Assembly: GCA_963826785.1 (NCBI GenBank) | Contig: CAWGYD010000001.1 | Location: forward strand, 256,001 to 320,000 | DNA from: an uncultured delta proteobacterium | GTDB lineage: Bacteria > Desulfobacterota > Desulfobacteria > Desulfobacterales > Desulfosalsimonadaceae | DNA: 64,000 nt | Direction: 5' to 3' | In this document: in pieces, positions 36,390-46,952 of the stretch | Layout: each line of letters starts with the position of its first letter | Numbering within the stretch: the first letter of the stretch is position 1 | Notes under the pieces: model-generated | Told to the model about the DNA's origin: nothing | What the model saw: the letters and a program-made list of their open reading frames with translations, nothing else | Database searches by the model: none | Made by a program: the position numbers and the translations under genes

Positions 36390-38852
36390 GTGCCGGGGGG
36401 ATCAGCGCGCGTGAGAGATGCCGGATCGCTTCTTGGGTTTGTGTGTTTGGCCGCCGCCGCCGTTTTCATTTTCAATCCTTTTTTTTCCAGTCTTAAAATT
36501 GAAGAAGCCCATGCCCTTCCGTCGCGTTTTGTGCCGCAGCCGGTTGCCATCTCCGCGAATTCGCCCTCCCGTTCCCCCCGCTATATTACCGTGCGGATGG
36601 AAAAGCCGCTTGAAACCCTGGTTGCTGGAGAAACCGGCACCTTCAAACTCGAGGCCCGCCTGAAGCATCCTGCGAATGCATCGGAAAAAGGGGTTGAGTG
36701 GAATCGTGAAGCGGCGTTTCCCCTGGTCATCTGGGTCGCATCGCCGGATGAAAGCGGAATCACGTTTATCGACAAAGTCCATCCTCAAAGGCCGCGTCAT
36801 CATATCCTGGTGAAATTCAAGGCCCCCCCCGGAGCCGGCACCGCGCCCCTGACAGCACCGGTTTCATATCAGGTCAATCCGCGGACCCATGCCGGAAAGC
36901 ACCATTTCTGGATGGATGTCTACGGAGAACTGACAACTGCGAACGGCAGCGGGATCCAGGATATGGGCATCATCAGTCTCCCGTTTGAGGTGGACACCCA
37001 TTTCAGGACCAAGCTGCTGATGCTGGCGGTGGTCGCCGCCGCCGTATTTCTGTTCATTGTGGAGTGGGTGCGCGTGGATGTCGTCGCCATCGCGATGATG
37101 GTGCTTCTTCCCGAACTGGGCCTGCTCAACGCGCAGGACACGTTTACCGGCATCAGCAGCAATGCCGTGATGGCCATCATCGGGGTGATGATCATCAGCT
37201 ATGGATTGAACCGGGCGGGGCTGGTCAATCGCATGATTCAGCCCATGCTGAATTACGTCGGCAACAGTTCACGCCGGTTGACGGTGCTGTTTTCCGGGCT
37301 CATTGCCCTGATTTCCAGTGTCATGCAGAATACGGGCGCCGCCGTCCTCTTTCTGCCCGCCATCCGGCTGGCCACGTCCTACCGCTTGAAAATCCCCATT
37401 TCCCGGGTGCTCATGCCCATCGGCATGGCGGCGATTCTCGGCGGCACACTGACCATGATCGGGACAAGTCCGCTGATCCTGCTCAATGACCTTCTGCCGC
37501 CGGGCATGCCCAAATTCAGTTTCCTGGAACTGACACCCATCGGGCTCGTTCTGGTGGTTGGGGGCATCTCATTTCTGTCCACCATGGGGATGCGCATGCT
37601 TGCCGCCCAGTCTAAAAACCTCTCCAATATGGAAAACGGCGGGGCCGGTCACCTGCAAGAAGGAATCCTGGGCGCTTATCCATTGATCAAGGGCCCCTTT
37701 GAGATCGGCATACCCAAGGATTACCGGCCGGGGCCCCTTCCCCAGTCAGTGGTCACGATCCGCCGGCGTTTCATGGTGAACATCGTGGCCTCGGCCGAGT
37801 CAAACGGCTCCTGCAAAATCGCCCCTCTTCCGGATACGACGATCCGGCCCGGCCATGTCCTGTGCGCCTACGGCCCCGCAAGCGCCATAGAAGAATTTGT
37901 CAGGGATTACGGGCTGATCCTGAAGGAAGCGCCGGACTGCTTCAAGGACAGCATGTTCAATCCTTCCCTGGCGGGGGTGGTCGAGGGGGTGGTGTCCCCC
38001 CGGTCCGGTCTGATCGGCAAAACCATCAAGGAAATCGGCTTTCGGGAGACATTCGGCGTAAATCCTCTGGCCATTCTCCAGTCCGGCACGATTTATTATC
38101 GCCAGCTGGCGGACCGCCCCCTGCAATCCGGCGACGCGATTCTCATGCACGGCACCTGGGAGCAATTTCACGCCCTGGAGGACCTTCACCAGAACCTGAT
38201 CATCATCACCCCCTTTGAAAAGGAGTTTCACAAACCTGAAAAATCGGGCTGGGCACTGGCTTGTTTCTCAATGGCGCTTTTTCTGATGATCCTTTCCAGT
38301 TTCTATTTTCAGAGCCGCCCTTACAACCCCATTCCCCTGTCCGTCTGCCTGATGATCGGCGCCATCGGCATGGTCCTGACGCGGGTCATCACCATCAATG
38401 AAGCCTACCACGCGGTGGACTGGCGGACGGTGTTTCTGCTGGGCGGCCTCATCCCGCTGGGAATGGCCATGGATCAGACCGGAACGGCTGAATGGATCGC
38501 CAGGGGGATGGTCACCGGCCTCGGCACCCTCATGTCGCCGCTGCTGCTCCTGCTCGTCCTGGCTGTTCTGAGCTGCGGCTTCACCATGGTGATTTCAAAT
38601 GTCGGCGCCTGCACCCTGCTCGTCCCCCTGGGCATTTCCATGGCCCACCAGATCGGAGTCGATCCCCGCGTTGCGGCAATCGTGGTGGGTCTGGGGGTTT
38701 CAAACTCCTTCCTCCTGCCCACCCATCAGGTGAACGCCCTGTATATGGGGCCCGGAGGGTATCGGACCCGGGACTACGTCAAAATCGGGGGCAGCCTGGC
38801 CATCATCTATATCGGTATCCTGGTGGCAATGACCTATTTTTTCTACCTGTAG
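36390..38852 (+). CDS. SLC13/CitMHS family permease with TrkA-C domain(s) and an extra N-terminal soluble domain
   Basis: EWVRVDVVA, ISSVMQNTGA, LGGTLTMIGTSP, V...S.LIGKT..EI.FR, ISNVGA, PTHQVNA..MGPGGY...DY motifs. Confidence 0.9.
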   Translation: MPGGSARVRDAGSLLGFVCLAAAAVFIFNPFFSSLKIEEAHALPSRFVPQPVAISANSPSRSPRYITVRMEKPLETLVAGETGTFKLEARLKHPANASEKGVEWNREAAFPLVIWVASPDESGITFIDKVHPQRPRHHILVKFKAPPGAGTAPLTAPVSYQVNPRTHAGKHHFWMDVYGELTTANGSGIQDMGIISLPFEVDTHFRTKLLMLAVVAAAVFLFIVEWVRVDVVAIAMMVLLPELGLLNAQDTFTGISSNAVMAIIGVMIISYGLNRAGLVNRMIQPMLNYVGNSSRRLTVLFSGLIALISSVMQNTGAAVLFLPAIRLATSYRLKIPISRVLMPIGMAAILGGTLTMIGTSPLILLNDLLPPGMPKFSFLELTPIGLVLVVGGISFLSTMGMRMLAAQSKNLSNMENGGAGHLQEGILGAYPLIKGPFEIGIPKDYRPGPLPQSVVTIRRRFMVNIVASAESNGSCKIAPLPDTTIRPGHVLCAYGPASAIEEFVRDYGLILKEAPDCFKDSMFNPSLAGVVEGVVSPRSGLIGKTIKEIGFRETFGVNPLAILQSGTIYYRQLADRPLQSGDAILMHGTWEQFHALEDLHQNLIIITPFEKEFHKPEKSGWALACFSMALFLMILSSFYFQSRPYNPIPLSVCLMIGAIGMVLTRVITINEAYHAVDWRTVFLLGGLIPLGMAMDQTGTAEWIARGMVTGLGTLMSPLLLLLVLAVLSCGFTMVISNVGACTLLVPLGISMAHQIGVDPRVAAIVVGLGVSNSFLLPTHQVNALYMGPGGYRTRDYVKIGGSLAIIYIGILVAMTYFFYL

Positions 38853-39054
38853 CAGGGCAGCGGGGGACTTTTCTATGTGGCCGCCAAATTTTTGGCCCGG
38901 GATTCGTCTATAATAGTAGACCATAATTTCGTTTGTTGTGTATTATTGTATCCGCCTGTATATCTCCAACTCATCCATCGCCCGTCCTGTCGTAACGGTT
39001 TTTGAAAATCCTGTTAATGGGTTAGGTTCTCAGGTATCATCCGATAAGGTTGCG

Positions 39055-39070
39055 TGGCATAAAAGATGCT
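39055..39070 (+). promoter_or_regulatory. Candidate sigma54 promoter upstream of the PBP1B gene
   Basis: TGGCATAAAAGATGCT has exact GG-N10-GC spacing, about 80 nt before the ATG at 39153. Confidence 0.5.
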
Positions 39071-39152
39071 GCGCAAGAACCCCTGTTCATCCGGATGATG
39101 GAATACATTGATCGAAAATCATGAAAGGCCGGGGAAATATCCCTTTAAAATA

Positions 39153-41480
39153 ATGAAGAAATCGAAACGCGCCAAGAATCGTTTTTTAAAATTCCTGCTT
39201 TTGTCCGGTTTGGCCGCATTGATCACAGCTGCCGTCTTTATGGCCGTATATGGCTACGCGATTTCCCGGCAAATCGACAAACGTTTCTCGGCCAGGAGAT
39301 GGAGCCTTCCCTCCAGGGTCTATTCCGACACCCTTTTGCTGTACCCGGGGCAGCAATTCAAATTGTCTGCGATTTTGGACAAGCTGGCTCGCCTGGGGTA
39401 CCATAAGGTCTTGCGCGCACCGGAAAAAAAGGGCGAATACGCCTGTGATAAAAAAGCGCTCACCGTTTACCTGCATGACCTGAAAACACCGGAGCAGAAT
39501 GAAAAAGGTTTTCCGGTGCGGCTTGTGTTTCAAAACGATCAGATCGTATCGATCACAAAGAATTCCGACGGCACCCCCATCGGCCTGCTGGAGCTCGAAC
39601 CCGAAGAAATCATGCTTTTTTTCGGACCGGAACGGGAGCGGCGCCAGTTGATTTCCATCGACCAGGTCCCCAAGCATGTGATCCATGCGGTGCTGGCCGC
39701 CGAAGACGCTCATTTCTATTCACACCAGGGGATGGATTATCGCGGCATTTTACGCGCGATTTACGTCAACCTGCGCCATGCGTCCATCAGGCAGGGCGGA
39801 TCGACCATATCCCAGCAGCTGATCAAAAGCTATTTCCTGACGCCGGAAAGGTCCTACAGCCGCAAGCTAAAAGAACTCTGCATGTCCCTCATCATGGAGT
39901 ACATGTATGAAAAAGATGAAATTTTAGAAATTTATCTCAATGAAATATACCTGGGGCAGAAGGGAAGCTCCGCGATAAGCGGCATCGGGGAGGCTTCCTT
40001 TTTCTATTTTGACAAACCGGTATCGGATTTATCGGTTGCAGAAGCAGCCGCCATCGCCGGTCTGATCCGGGGGCCCAACCGGTATTCACCGTATAAGGAT
40101 GCAAACCGGTGCAAAATCCGGCGCAACCAGGTTCTTGCGGCCATGTGCAAGAACGGGTGGATAGATGAAAAGCAGCTTCGTCAATCCACGAAAGCCCCGC
40201 TGGCGCCGGCGGGATATCAGGCATATGGGAAAAAAGCCCGTTATTTCATGGATTACCTGACGGAACAGCTCAAAACCCTGTATTCCGCAAATGATTTATC
40301 CAGTTTGGGACTTTCAATATACACGACATTGGATACCGAGGTTCAGAATGCCGCGGAAAAAGCCCTCGAAAAGGGACTCTCCCGGCTGGAAGGGGCGAAC
40401 CCCGGGCTGAAAAATAATTCAAATCCAGAATCCCGTCTCCAGGGGGTTGTCATCGTGATGCAGCCGCAGACCGGCAACATTCTGGCCATGGCGGGCGGAA
40501 GAGATTACAGCATCAGCCAGTTCAACCGCGCCGTTCATGCGCGCCGTCAGCCCGGAAGCGCCTTTAAGCCGTTTGTGTACACCGCAGGCCTCGATCAGTA
40601 CACGCCGGCTTCCCTGTTGTCGAATATTGAAAAGACCTATGACATTGACGGGACGGTATGGACACCGAAGAACAGTTCCGAATTTCCCCAAACGCATGTC
40701 CGGATGAGAACGGCGCTGGCCAAATCCATCAATGTGCCCACCGTTGACCTGGCCATGCACACCGGTATGGACAAAATCCGAGAGACCTCCAAAGCGTTCG
40801 GGTTTTCGACATTTACAACCATATACCCCTCCATTGCCCTGGGGGCGATGCCGGTGATCCCGCTTGAACTGGCCCGGGCGTATTGTCCGTTTGCGGCAAA
40901 CGGTATTCTGCCGTTTCCGCTCTCCTTGAAGGAAGTCGCAGACGAGAAAAACCAGCTGCTGCAGAGGCGCCACACGCAGACTGCGCGTGCGGTCTCCCCG
41001 GAAAAGGCGTTTCTCATCAATTCCATGCTGCAAAGCGTGGTGAACGAGGGGACCGCAGTTTCCTTGAAGAAAATGGGGATCACGTACCCGGTCTGCGGGA
41101 AAACCGGCACCTCCAACGACAATCGGGATGCCTGGTTTATCGGGTTTACGCCGGATGTCCTTGCGCTGGTATGGGTCGGATTCGACAACGGCGCATCCAT
41201 TTCCGCTTCCGGCGCCAGGGCGGCGCTTCCCATCTGGGCCGACCTGATGTCGCAGCTGCCCCAGTATGTCAGCGGGAATTCTTTTACCATGCCTCCGGGA
41301 GTAACCGAGAACGTTATTTGCCCGAAAAGCGGCATGCTTGCCGTGGAGAACCGGTGCCCGGACCCGGTGAAAGAGTTTTTCCTGACCGGCCATGCCCCCA
41401 ATGCGTTTTGTTCGGAACACCGGACGCACAATCCTTTCAAGCAGGTGATCGATGGGTTTAAAGATGTTTTCAATCCGTAA
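39153..41480 (+). CDS. mrcB: Class A penicillin-binding protein 1B (UB2H + transglycosylase + transpeptidase)
   Basis: TM anchor; UB2H-like region (L..LGY); AEDAHFYSHQG, QGGSTISQQL, RKLKE, SAFK (SxxK), SIN (SxN) and KTGT motifs. Confidence 0.92.
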   Translation: MKKSKRAKNRFLKFLLLSGLAALITAAVFMAVYGYAISRQIDKRFSARRWSLPSRVYSDTLLLYPGQQFKLSAILDKLARLGYHKVLRAPEKKGEYACDKKALTVYLHDLKTPEQNEKGFPVRLVFQNDQIVSITKNSDGTPIGLLELEPEEIMLFFGPERERRQLISIDQVPKHVIHAVLAAEDAHFYSHQGMDYRGILRAIYVNLRHASIRQGGSTISQQLIKSYFLTPERSYSRKLKELCMSLIMEYMYEKDEILEIYLNEIYLGQKGSSAISGIGEASFFYFDKPVSDLSVAEAAAIAGLIRGPNRYSPYKDANRCKIRRNQVLAAMCKNGWIDEKQLRQSTKAPLAPAGYQAYGKKARYFMDYLTEQLKTLYSANDLSSLGLSIYTTLDTEVQNAAEKALEKGLSRLEGANPGLKNNSNPESRLQGVVIVMQPQTGNILAMAGGRDYSISQFNRAVHARRQPGSAFKPFVYTAGLDQYTPASLLSNIEKTYDIDGTVWTPKNSSEFPQTHVRMRTALAKSINVPTVDLAMHTGMDKIRETSKAFGFSTFTTIYPSIALGAMPVIPLELARAYCPFAANGILPFPLSLKEVADEKNQLLQRRHTQTARAVSPEKAFLINSMLQSVVNEGTAVSLKKMGITYPVCGKTGTSNDNRDAWFIGFTPDVLALVWVGFDNGASISASGARAALPIWADLMSQLPQYVSGNSFTMPPGVTENVICPKSGMLAVENRCPDPVKEFFLTGHAPNAFCSEHRTHNPFKQVIDGFKDVFNP

Positions 41481-41958
41481 TGCTTCTATGGTTTTCATTG
41501 CCGCCCTGGTGCTGGCCCTGGTTTCCTGTGCACCCAGAGTGATTGCGCCCTCCCGGGATTCCGTTCGGCTGCCCGCACCGGCAGGTGAGGCTGCCCGTAA
41601 GCCTGCAACGCAACAGCCATCCCCGGCGGAGCAACCCCGGGCCGAGCCCGAGGCCGAACCCAAACCCCGAGTACAACAACCCAGAATGACGGCTTCGCTC
41701 CAACTGACCCAGCAGGCCCAGTCGCTTATCGGGACCCGTCAGGCGGACAGCGCCATCCGTTTGCTTGAAAAAGCAGTGGCGATTGATCCGCTAAACGGCC
41801 AGAACTACTATTATCTGTCCGAAGCCTGGCTGATGAAAGGAAACAGGGCGCAGGCTGAAAATTTCAATGAGATGGCATCGATTTATCTGGATTCGGATGA
41901 AAAATGGCGCCCGCGCATAGCGGATCAGAAACGCAGGATAAAGAAGCTGGCAAATTGA
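41464..41958 (+). CDS. TPR lipoprotein, LpoP-like PBP1B activator candidate
   Basis: Lipobox LVSC; Pro/Gln-rich linker; TPR LEKAVAIDP.NG..YYYL; overlaps the mrcB stop. Confidence 0.75.
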   Translation: MFSIRNASMVFIAALVLALVSCAPRVIAPSRDSVRLPAPAGEAARKPATQQPSPAEQPRAEPEAEPKPRVQQPRMTASLQLTQQAQSLIGTRQADSAIRLLEKAVAIDPLNGQNYYYLSEAWLMKGNRAQAENFNEMASIYLDSDEKWRPRIADQKRRIKKLAN

Positions 41959-42112
41959 ACCCGCACAAGTCAGCCGATCAGCCGAAATCACCCGGCGCAT
42001 CCAGGTCACTTGAAGGGGTTTTTTTACCGCTTGACTTGTATTTCGATTTCTGAGATACGACCTGATCGTCAATCAGATCTTTTACGTAACCTTTATCTTC
42101 AGGAGGAGACCC

Positions 42113-42436
42113 GTGGCGGATTATTGTATTCATATTATGTTGGATGACCAAAAGATTCAAAAGATTACCAGTGCAGGCCTTGCCGGGGACATCACGGAAG
42201 TCGACGGCAAAAAGATGATCCGGGTCAAGGTGTCCGACAAGGAGCAGAAAAAGCTGGCCAAAGGATTCCCGGACATGGTGTTTGACGCCGGCAATGCATG
42301 CGTTCTTCCCGAGGCGGCGGAAAATACCGTTTTTGATTTCATCTGCGACATGAAAACCGTCGATGTCATGAAATTTGCCATTATGAAAATTTACAATCCA
42401 CTGGCCGGCAAGGCACCCCGATCCGCCCAGAGATAA
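42113..42436 (+). CDS. Hypothetical cytoplasmic protein
   Basis: Strong RBS AGGAGG before GTG; plausible composition; terminator follows. Confidence 0.7.
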   Translation: MADYCIHIMLDDQKIQKITSAGLAGDITEVDGKKMIRVKVSDKEQKKLAKGFPDMVFDAGNACVLPEAAENTVFDFICDMKTVDVMKFAIMKIYNPLAGKAPRSAQR

Positions 42437-42485
42437 GCCGCATATCACCTGCAAATCCACCCGGGTCGCAGGCCGAAAAAACCCC

Positions 42486-42526
42486 AAAGGGGGATACTCC
42501 ACGTTCGGAAGTATCCCCCTTTTTTT
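42486..42526 (+). terminator. Intrinsic terminator
   Basis: Stem AAAGGGGGATACT / AGTATCCCCCTTT followed by a T-run. Confidence 0.8.
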
Positions 42527-42636
42527 ATTGGATGGGTCCGTGCTGGGGTGGCCGGGCGTTCGCTGGGCCTTTGGTATCCCGACGGCAGTTCGCGCGCGGC
42601 AGGCATTTGAAGACTCAAAAGGCGTTCCCGGGTTTC

Positions 42637-45084
42637 TTACTGCTCATTTTTTCCGGGGGTGTAAATTCCATATATTGCCTTGACTAATTCATCGGAAGAT
42701 TCACTTTTACTGACAAATGCCTCGGCCCCTGCCTTGCGCATCTTTCGGGCGGCATCCGCATCATCAAACATCGAAAGGCCGATCACCCGAATCTCGGGCA
42801 TTTCGGCCTTGATCAGCCGGGTTGATTCAATCCCGTCCATTCTGGGCATGGAAATGTCCATTACCACCAAATCCGGTCGGAGCTGGCGGGCCCTTTCCAG
42901 GGCCTCTTCCCCGTTGGCCGCTTCTCCCACCACCTCGATATCGGGAAGGTTTGTTACCAACCCTATCAGGCCCTGTCTAAGAACCTTGTGATCGTCAGCA
43001 AACAGCACTCTTATGATTTTGGAATCCGGAACGGCAGGTTGATTTTCGTGAAAATCAATCTGCCGTTCAACTGTTTGCAGGCGCCCTTCCGGTTTCCTGG
43101 CCTCGGGCAATCTGATGGGGATGGTGAGGGTAAACCGGCTGCCCTGCCCCGGAGCGCTCTCGATGACCATTTTCCCGCCTAAAGCATGGGTGCGCTCCTG
43201 CAGGCTTGTCAGACCCAGCCCGAGTTTGGGTATGGAGGCGTTCAGAATTTCAGGATCAAACCCCTTGCCATGATCCCGGACGCAGAGGGTAAGACTGAGA
43301 TCGGTGCCGTACAGGTAGACGCCGACACGCTTTACTCCGGCATATTTGACGCAGTTAAACAGAAGTTCCTGGGTGGCGTGGAAAAGAAATACCCGGAGAG
43401 CCGCATCTTCAATTGTCTGAGCGATTTCCGCATCCAGCTGAACCTTAAGGCCGAATTGTTCATCCATATGCCGAACCAGCCAGTTCAGTGCAGCGGCCAG
43501 GCCAAACTGATACAGCACCGGTGGGCTCAATTCGTGAGACAGGCGGCGGGATTTCTCAATCGAATCTCCCAGCAGTCGATCCACATTTTTCAATACGGGG
43601 ATCGGGTCTTCCTTTTGAATGGCGGACTGCACCTGCATCCGGGCGCTGGCGATCATCTGCTGAAGATCATCATGCAAGAGATCGGCAATCCGCCGGCGTT
43701 CGCGTTCTTCTGCCTCAATCAGGTCCACCGCCAGTTTTTGAAGCTGTTTCGCGCGTGCTTCGGCAAGGCCGGTGCGCTCCGCCACCTGGTGTTCCAGGGT
43801 TTCGTTGAGCCGAAGCAGTTTTTCCTCGGCCCGCTTGCGGTCGGTAATATCCATTACCGTAAATGTTGAACTGCTGAATTGATCATCCTGATCAAACGGG
43901 GTCGAACTGACCAGTACATCAATGACCCGGCCGTCCTTGCGCTTCAAACGGGTTTCGACGAAGCCGACTCCGCGTTTTGCAATCTGCCGTTTTTTCTCGC
44001 TGCCGACATATTCATATTCATCATCGGATAGATAGACCATTCGTACATCTTTACCGATGAGTTCATCTGTGGCATACCCCGTGATTTCGCAAACCTGGTC
44101 GTTCACCTCCACAAAAATCCGATTGTTCAAAACGCCGATGCCGATGGGCGCCCCCTGGAAAATGCTTCTGTTCTTAGCCTCGCTTTCCCGGAGTGTTTCT
44201 TCTGCTGTCTTGCGTTCGGTGATGTCATGAATGATGGAGAGCAGCAGCGCTTGGCCATCCATGAAAAATGGGGCCGTGTGCACCTCTACATCGCGGATCC
44301 GGCCATCAGAAAGGCGGTGCTTGAAGAAGAACCGCCGGCGTTCCTGAGCCTGGGCCAATTGGATGACCAGATGAATCTGATCGGCCGGGAGCATATTGAT
44401 ATCCGAAACCTTCAGGCCGGTGATTTCTTCCCGCGTATAACCGTAATATTCGCATGCCGCATCATTGGCATTGACGATCTTTTCCGTCACCGGATCAATC
44501 AACAGCATGATTGCATGGTTGTTGTAAAAAAGGCTCCGGTATCGCTTTTCACTTTCCCGCAGGGCGTCTTCCCATTTCTTGCGCTCGGTGATATCCAGAA
44601 CGGTAAAAGTGGCACCCGCCGTAAGATCGTTTAAATCCAGGGGCGCTGACCCCATAAGGACATCGATGATCCTGCCGTCCTTGCATTTTAACCGGGTTTC
44701 CACGGTCCCCGTTCCCTTTTTGGCGATCTGGCGATATTTTTCACTGCCCACATATTGAAACTCTTTTTCAGAGGGGTAGAGCATCCGTGCATTTTTTCCG
44801 GTGAGTTCATCCCTGGAATAACCGGTGATTTCGCAGAATTTGTCATTCACATCCAGAATCGTCCGGTTGCTCACCAGGCCGATTCCGATGGGCGCTGCCC
44901 TGCATATGCTGCTTGTCACCTCATGATTATCCTGCAGCAGATGCTGGTCGAACTCCCGGACGGCGGCATCGGCTGCGCTTTTTGATTTTTCAGCGGCGAG
45001 TTGGGCGCGGATTTGGACCAATTCCGCCATCAGCTGTTCCCGGGATTTTTCGCCATCAATAGGGTATTTTGGACCGTTAACCAC
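42637..45084 (-). CDS. Hybrid sensor kinase: 3 PAS + HisKA_3/HATPase + C-terminal receiver
   Basis: Three PAS/PAC ending [32 protein letters not shown] and GLGL boxes; REC ADDH...MDISMP.MDG. Confidence 0.92.
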   Translation of the reverse strand: MVNGPKYPIDGEKSREQLMAELVQIRAQLAAEKSKSAADAAVREFDQHLLQDNHEVTSSICRAAPIGIGLVSNRTILDVNDKFCEITGYSRDELTGKNARMLYPSEKEFQYVGSEKYRQIAKKGTGTVETRLKCKDGRIIDVLMGSAPLDLNDLTAGATFTVLDITERKKWEDALRESEKRYRSLFYNNHAIMLLIDPVTEKIVNANDAACEYYGYTREEITGLKVSDINMLPADQIHLVIQLAQAQERRRFFFKHRLSDGRIRDVEVHTAPFFMDGQALLLSIIHDITERKTAEETLRESEAKNRSIFQGAPIGIGVLNNRIFVEVNDQVCEITGYATDELIGKDVRMVYLSDDEYEYVGSEKKRQIAKRGVGFVETRLKRKDGRVIDVLVSSTPFDQDDQFSSSTFTVMDITDRKRAEEKLLRLNETLEHQVAERTGLAEARAKQLQKLAVDLIEAEERERRRIADLLHDDLQQMIASARMQVQSAIQKEDPIPVLKNVDRLLGDSIEKSRRLSHELSPPVLYQFGLAAALNWLVRHMDEQFGLKVQLDAEIAQTIEDAALRVFLFHATQELLFNCVKYAGVKRVGVYLYGTDLSLTLCVRDHGKGFDPEILNASIPKLGLGLTSLQERTHALGGKMVIESAPGQGSRFTLTIPIRLPEARKPEGRLQTVERQIDFHENQPAVPDSKIIRVLFADDHKVLRQGLIGLVTNLPDIEVVGEAANGEEALERARQLRPDLVVMDISMPRMDGIESTRLIKAEMPEIRVIGLSMFDDADAARKMRKAGAEAFVSKSESSDELVKAIYGIYTPGKNEQ

Positions 45085-45268
45085 TTTTCACCTTTATACT
45101 TCGTCATCTGACTGAAAATATAAATTATATGGGTTAAAGCAATCTTTCAAGAATTATAAAACAGGATAGTTCAGGTCTGATCTGTTAATTTTTGTTCGAA
45201 TGGTCAATTGATGATTGAATTGAATGCAGACTTGACGGGAGTTGAGAGATAGGGCGGTCAACATGTAT

Positions 45269-45296
45269 TTGACATATAAATTTATCTTGTTATGAT
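45269..45296 (+). promoter_or_regulatory. Sigma70 promoter driving the riboswitch leader
   Basis: TTGACA (45269-45274), 16-nt spacer, extended -10 TGtTATGAT; the predicted start near 45303 coincides with the aptamer 5' end. Confidence 0.7.
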
Positions 45297-45302
45297 AAAT
45301 TT

Positions 45303-45405
45303 AGTGAAAAAGCCAAACCAATTGTGAAATTGGGGCGGAAAGTCTCGGGTCTTTTGGGCAGTGATATTCCTTCATTCCTGTTAAAAGATGGCCGGACTGC
45401 CATTT
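45303..45405 (+). ncRNA. c-di-GMP-I (GEMM-I) riboswitch aptamer
   Basis: AGCCAAA-CCAATT-GTGA-AATTGG-GGCGGAAAG-TCTCGGGTCTTTT...AAAAGATGGCCGGACTGCC: GNRA-capped P2, CC/GG covariation and a P3 stem. Confidence 0.85.
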
Positions 45406-45431
45406 CTTCAAGGGTAGTCCGGCTTTTTTTT
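45391..45431 (+). terminator. Riboswitch expression-platform terminator
   Basis: GCCGGACTGCC / GGTAGTCCGGC stem followed by TTTTTTTT; its 5' arm is the aptamer's 3' strand. Confidence 0.85.
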
Positions 45432-45594
45432 GTTCTTTATACTGACTTGGGAACCACTTTCTCTCCTTCTATCCTTCTCCTGATTCAAACATCGATCCCC
45501 GAAATTCCCAGGTCGTTTAAATCTCAGTTTCAAACCGTTTTATCGGGTCCGCGGGGGACATTTTTCTTCATCTATAATGTAAAGGAGGACCATC

Positions 45595-46926
45595 ATGAAT
45601 GCGAACCGTTTATTGAAAAGCAGGGATTTTGCCGGGTTTATTATTGTGCTTGCCACTCTTATTGTGGCCATGAGCGGACCGGCCTGTGCAGGTCAAGCCG
45701 ATCTTCTCGTGTATTTTGATGGCCACATGCACACGATTCGCTCAGATGGTTCCGGCAATGTCAGTGATATCAAGGCCACTGCCCTCAGCAGGGGACTGAG
45801 TGCGGTCATTGTCACAGATCACTGCCCTCAGTTGACAAAGGAAGAATGGGATTCGCTGATCGCTGAAACCGCGGCTGTCTCGGATGAGACTTTTCTGGCG
45901 CTTCCCGGCTTTGAGATTACCGGCAGCGATGGTCTGCTGAACCGGACCCATGTCCTTGCCTGGGGAGTCAACAGTCCGTTTGTGGACCCGGACGCGGAAC
46001 TCAGCCCCGATGAAATTTGGATTTCCCCACCCAACCCGGCGGGTACCGGCCCGGTATATCCCGAAAATATTACCAAGTGGGTCGACTACATCCATTCTAA
46101 AGGCGGCATTGCTATACATAATCACACCACCGGTTCCACCCGCCTTGATTACGGCGTCAACTGCATCGAACTTTACAACCAAAGCCATGTCGAAGATGTC
46201 ATCAGCTATGCCAACATGCTGGGCATCTTCGGTCAGGAGGCCTGGCAATTCGGGATGACGCTCAACAATTTCGCCATTTACGGCGAGCGTGACGCGAACA
46301 TGATCGTTGCGCTTCCCGGTTTCCCCCCCATGCCCCTGAGAAACGCTTTGTACTATGCAACTCAGGGCTTTACCGGGGTCGGTCAGTGGGTCGGGGCCCC
46401 CGAAGCGCCTTTGAACTCTTGGGACGATCTGCTGATGGCATATGTCAACGGCGAAATCGATCATCCGATTTTCGGCATGGCCGACAGCGACGCCCACAAT
46501 ACAGGGGCTTCGGATTCGAATGTCGGCATCGCTAAAAATGGTTTGTATGTCAAAGCGCTGACCCCGAAAGAATTTTACAAGGCGGTTAAGGCCGGCAGGA
46601 GCTTTGCGACAACAGGGCCTTCCCTGAATTTTGAAGTAAATGGTGAAAAGATGGGAGATACCGCGTTCATAACAAAGGGCGCCGCTGTTCTTGACATGTC
46701 CGTCAATTCCGATGACTCCGCAGCGTTGCTGGTCAAGATCGAGATTTATAAAAACGGCCAGAGTTGGAAGACATTCAGCCCCATGGCGCCAGCCTGTGAA
46801 AACACCATTTTCGATGAAGAGGTGAGCGCCAACGGTTATTACCGCATCGAGGTAACTGCATTTAATACCATCAATGCGGAATATACGTTTGCCTGGTCAA
46901 ACCCGGTTTTTATCGAGACAGACTGA
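45595..46926 (+). CDS. Exported PHP-domain metallohydrolase (CehA/McbA-like)
   Basis: RBS AGGAGG; signal peptide; DGHMHT.RSDG, VTDH, G.EIT, NH, DSDAH; AVKAGRSFAT.GP and Y.RIEV...AWSNPV C-terminal domain. Confidence 0.85.
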   Translation: MNANRLLKSRDFAGFIIVLATLIVAMSGPACAGQADLLVYFDGHMHTIRSDGSGNVSDIKATALSRGLSAVIVTDHCPQLTKEEWDSLIAETAAVSDETFLALPGFEITGSDGLLNRTHVLAWGVNSPFVDPDAELSPDEIWISPPNPAGTGPVYPENITKWVDYIHSKGGIAIHNHTTGSTRLDYGVNCIELYNQSHVEDVISYANMLGIFGQEAWQFGMTLNNFAIYGERDANMIVALPGFPPMPLRNALYYATQGFTGVGQWVGAPEAPLNSWDDLLMAYVNGEIDHPIFGMADSDAHNTGASDSNVGIAKNGLYVKALTPKEFYKAVKAGRSFATTGPSLNFEVNGEKMGDTAFITKGAAVLDMSVNSDDSAALLVKIEIYKNGQSWKTFSPMAPACENTIFDEEVSANGYYRIEVTAFNTINAEYTFAWSNPVFIETD

Positions 46927-46952
46927 ATCCATTACTCAAAGGAGGGCGGCAA

